From Candidatus Pacearchaeota archaeon (GTDB taxonomy: Archaea > Nanobdellota > Nanobdellia > Pacearchaeales > GW2011-AR1), in assembly GCA_026414385.1 (NCBI GenBank), contig JAOAJC010000003.1, positions 1-56,392 of the forward strand: a DNA stretch of 56,392 nucleotides, in the 5' to 3' direction. A model generated the notes under the pieces. The model was not told where the DNA came from. It worked only from the letters and a program-made list of their open reading frames with translations, and ran no database searches. Positions 54,472 through 56,392 of the stretch are shown here, piece by piece. A program made the position numbers and the translations under genes. Every line of letters begins with the position of its first letter. The first letter of the stretch is position 1.

Positions 54472-55182
54472 ATGAGTATTTATAAAAACATAAAAGGGTT
54501 TGTTCCTACATCGCTTGTTGATTGGGATGGAAAAGTATCTGCAATAATTTTTGTTGGTGGTTGTAATTTTAGATGCAAATTTTGTTCAAACGAAGAGATT
54601 GTAATTAAACCTGAGAATGTAAATCCGATAGATTGGAAAAAAATGAGAGAATGTTTAGAAAAAAATAAAGAGTTTATTGATGGGGTTGTTATTAGCGGGG
54701 GAGAACCCACGCTTTATGATGATTTAGAAAATTTATGCAAAGAGATTAAAGAAATGGGTTTTTTGGTAAAGTTAGATACAAACGGAACTAACCCGGATTT
54801 GGTTGAAAAGCTAATTAAAAAAGATTTAATTGATTATGTCGCAATGGACATAAAGACAAAATTTGAAAAATACAAAGAAATAACGAATTCTGAAATTGAC
54901 ATTGAGAGGTTAAAAAGAACGATTGAAATAGTAAAAAATTTCGGTAATTACGAATTTAGAATAACCCTCTATCCAAAAATAACAAAAGAAGATTTGTTAG
55001 AGATTGCAAAATATCTAAAAGAAATTGGAGCTAACAAAGCGTTTTTCCTACAACAATTTAAGAATGAGAAGTGCCTTGATAAAGAAGCAGAAAAAATAAA
55101 ACCATATTCAAAACAAGAGGTAGAGAAAATGTTTAATAGCGTGAAAAATTTTTTTGAGAAATCTGGATTGAGAAATGTTTGA
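54472..55182 (+). CDS. nrdG: Anaerobic RNR activating protein (radical SAM)
   Basis: GGCNFRCKFCSN (CxxxCxxC cluster), GVVISGGEPT. Confidence 0.9.
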   Translation: MSIYKNIKGFVPTSLVDWDGKVSAIIFVGGCNFRCKFCSNEEIVIKPENVNPIDWKKMRECLEKNKEFIDGVVISGGEPTLYDDLENLCKEIKEMGFLVKLDTNGTNPDLVEKLIKKDLIDYVAMDIKTKFEKYKEITNSEIDIERLKRTIEIVKNFGNYEFRITLYPKITKEDLLEIAKYLKEIGANKAFFLQQFKNEKCLDKEAEKIKPYSKQEVEKMFNSVKNFFEKSGLRNV

Positions 55183-55183
55183 T

Positions 55184-55786
55184 TTAGTCTTGTTTTTTAA
55201 CAAGGGGGACAAAAGAAAATCCTGGAAATTCTTTGACAGAAAAATTATCTCCGTCTCTTTTAATTTGAACAATTGATTGCTTTACTGCTGCAACAATTAT
55301 ACCATTCGGTTTTAATTGATTAATTAGGAAATAAGGAATCTCTGGACAAGAAGCACTTATTAAAATCCTATCATAAGGAGCAAATTCCGGCAAACCATTT
55401 GAGGCATCTCTGTTTAAAATCTCTATATTTGAATCTTTTTGTAAGAGATTCTTTGATTTTATAGCTAATCTTTGTATTATTTCAACTCCATAAATTTTAC
55501 CTTCTTTGATTATTTCTGAGAGCAAAGCGAGAACATAACCAGTGCCTGAGCCAATTTCAAGAATTTTTTGTCCTTGTTTTGGTTCTAATAACATTAACAT
55601 GAATGCAATGGTTGATGGTTGAGAGATTGTTGAGCCATTTTCAACAGGAAGGGCCATATCTTCATATGAATATGCAACTAAATTTTCAGGAACAAAATTT
55701 TCTCTTTTTACTTTTGCAAATGCATTTACAATGTATTCTGGAAAATTTTTTGCTTTTAATAAAGAGATAAGATTTGAGTTGTCCAT
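55184..55786 (-). CDS. pcm: Protein-L-isoaspartate O-methyltransferase
   Basis: TISQPSTIAFMLMLL, ILEIGSGTGY. Confidence 0.9.
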   Translation of the reverse strand: MDNSNLISLLKAKNFPEYIVNAFAKVKRENFVPENLVAYSYEDMALPVENGSTISQPSTIAFMLMLLEPKQGQKILEIGSGTGYVLALLSEIIKEGKIYGVEIIQRLAIKSKNLLQKDSNIEILNRDASNGLPEFAPYDRILISASCPEIPYFLINQLKPNGIIVAAVKQSIVQIKRDGDNFSVKEFPGFSFVPLVKKQD

Positions 55787-55894
55787 GATTTTATTAGTAA
55801 AATGAGATATTTATTATTAACTATGGTTTTGTATTGTGGGGAAGTAACAAAATTCTATAATAATTCTTAAAAGGGATGAGATAAATAAAAAAGA

Positions 55895-56002
55895 ATGGAA
55901 AGGAAGAGAGAGATTGGGGATTTTGGAATAGGTGAAGACATAGGAAGATTTTTTGAAGATGGAAAAGAAGAACAAATAAAAAGAATAAAAGAAAGGCAAT
56001 AA
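55895..56002 (+). CDS. Candidate 35-aa charged micro-protein (MERKREIGDFGIGEDIGRFFEDGKEEQIKRIKERQ)
   Basis: ATG-to-TAA ORF. CTTAAAAG at 55866-73 starts 29 nt upstream. The opposite-strand track ORF 55817..55999 is F/S/L-rich and looks spurious. Confidence 0.3.
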   Translation: MERKREIGDFGIGEDIGRFFEDGKEEQIKRIKERQ

Positions 56003-56003
56003 G

Positions 56004-56011
56004 TTTAAAAA
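56004..56011 (+). promoter_or_regulatory. TATA box TTTAAAAA
   Basis: Starts 29 nt upstream of ATG 56033. Confidence 0.5.
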
Positions 56012-56032
56012 GAAAATTTGGTTATTGATTTT

Positions 56033-56356
56033 ATGACGGAATTTGTTAGTGAATTATCTTCAAAAAATTTTAAAAATTTTATAGCAAAAGGAGATTGTGT
56101 TGTTGATTTTTATGCGGAATGGTGTGTGCCTTGTCAGAAATTAAAACCTGTTTTTGAAGATGTTGCAAAGACATTAAAGGAAAAAACAAAATTCGGAAAA
56201 ATGAACATTGACGGAAATGAAGAGGTTGCACAAGAATATATTGTTATGAGCGTTCCGACGCTAATTTTTTTTAAGAATGGGAAAGAAATTAATAGAGTTA
56301 ATGGATTTATTTTAGGTGAAGAATTAAAGAAAATCATAAAAGCAACTTTTAAATAA
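56033..56356 (+). CDS. trxA: Thioredoxin
   Basis: WCVPCQ active site and the MSVPTLIFFKNG pattern. Track start 56018 is TTG; ATG 56033 has TATA at -29. Confidence 0.9.
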   Translation: MTEFVSELSSKNFKNFIAKGDCVVDFYAEWCVPCQKLKPVFEDVAKTLKEKTKFGKMNIDGNEEVAQEYIVMSVPTLIFFKNGKEINRVNGFILGEELKKIIKATFK

Positions 56357-56392
56357 CTATTTTTATTCGTTGGATTAGAAATATGACCCCGT

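Noticed and set aside
55817-55999. Track ORF 55817..55999 (-)
   Set aside because: The F/S/L-rich translation is the reverse strand of a purine-rich tract. The + strand 35-aa ORF with TATA at -29 is a (weakly) better explanation.
1-56392. CRISPR arrays, rRNA genes, transposases, integrases, or known defence systems
   Set aside because: I found no regularly spaced direct repeats, no rRNA-like GC-rich structured segment, and no ORF with recognisable transposase, integrase, Cas or restriction motifs. All spacers longer than 150 bp were read individually.
56383-56392. ATG at 56383 as the start of a further gene at the window edge
   Set aside because: Only 10 nt are available, too little to support any call.

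Overview
AT-rich archaeal chromosome fragment, probably from a small-genome DPANN-like lineage. Spot counts of 60-nt lines ranged from about 18% to 47% GC. Archaeal markers are a thermosome, ribosomal proteins L35Ae and L10e, archaeal-type ThrRS with the N-terminal editing domain, RtcB plus archease, two intron-containing tRNAs, a class III signal-peptide pilin, and BRE/TATA promoters. Most of the window is densely packed housekeeping: rtcB-archease, groES-groEL divergent from the thermosome gene, 3 tRNAs, ppsA, GluRS/ThrRS/TrpRS, nifS-like desulfurase, nrdDG, pcm, trx. Envelope and membrane functions are interspersed: metzincin, HtpX, LemA, ZIP, Trx-CcdA, a Ser/Thr kinase and several single-pass surface proteins. 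I saw no rRNA, CRISPR array, integrase, transposase or recognisable defence gene. Six things seem most worth a second look. (1) A minus-strand neighbourhood at 21289-25321 holds conserved-looking proteins I cannot assign, including a xylose-isomerase-like TIM barrel split by a ~200-aa AT-drifted helical insertion. (2) The surface locus at 44342-49386 has a small RHH gene overlapping the start of a 1134-aa tail-fibre-like protein with about 59 N-glycosylation sequons, followed by a Cys-knot/PRC-barrel membrane protein. (3) A phage-type GH24 endolysin with a SAR-like anchor and intact E-8-D-5-T triad sits next to a small membrane protein, in an organism that should have no murein. (4) A TATA-like octamer lies 29-30 nt upstream of the ATG of about 27 genes, implying leaderless mRNAs; this includes one palindromic TTTATAAA shared by two divergent genes. 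(5) tRNA-Tyr carries an 82-nt intron and tRNA-Gly a 13-nt intron, with the ligase genes nearby. (6) Several unannotated micro-ORFs were found, along with a frame-disrupted gene and a degenerate tandem duplication of a gene 3' end. Several track ORFs start at TTG or GTG; I re-called those starts at in-frame ATGs supported by the promoter spacing.
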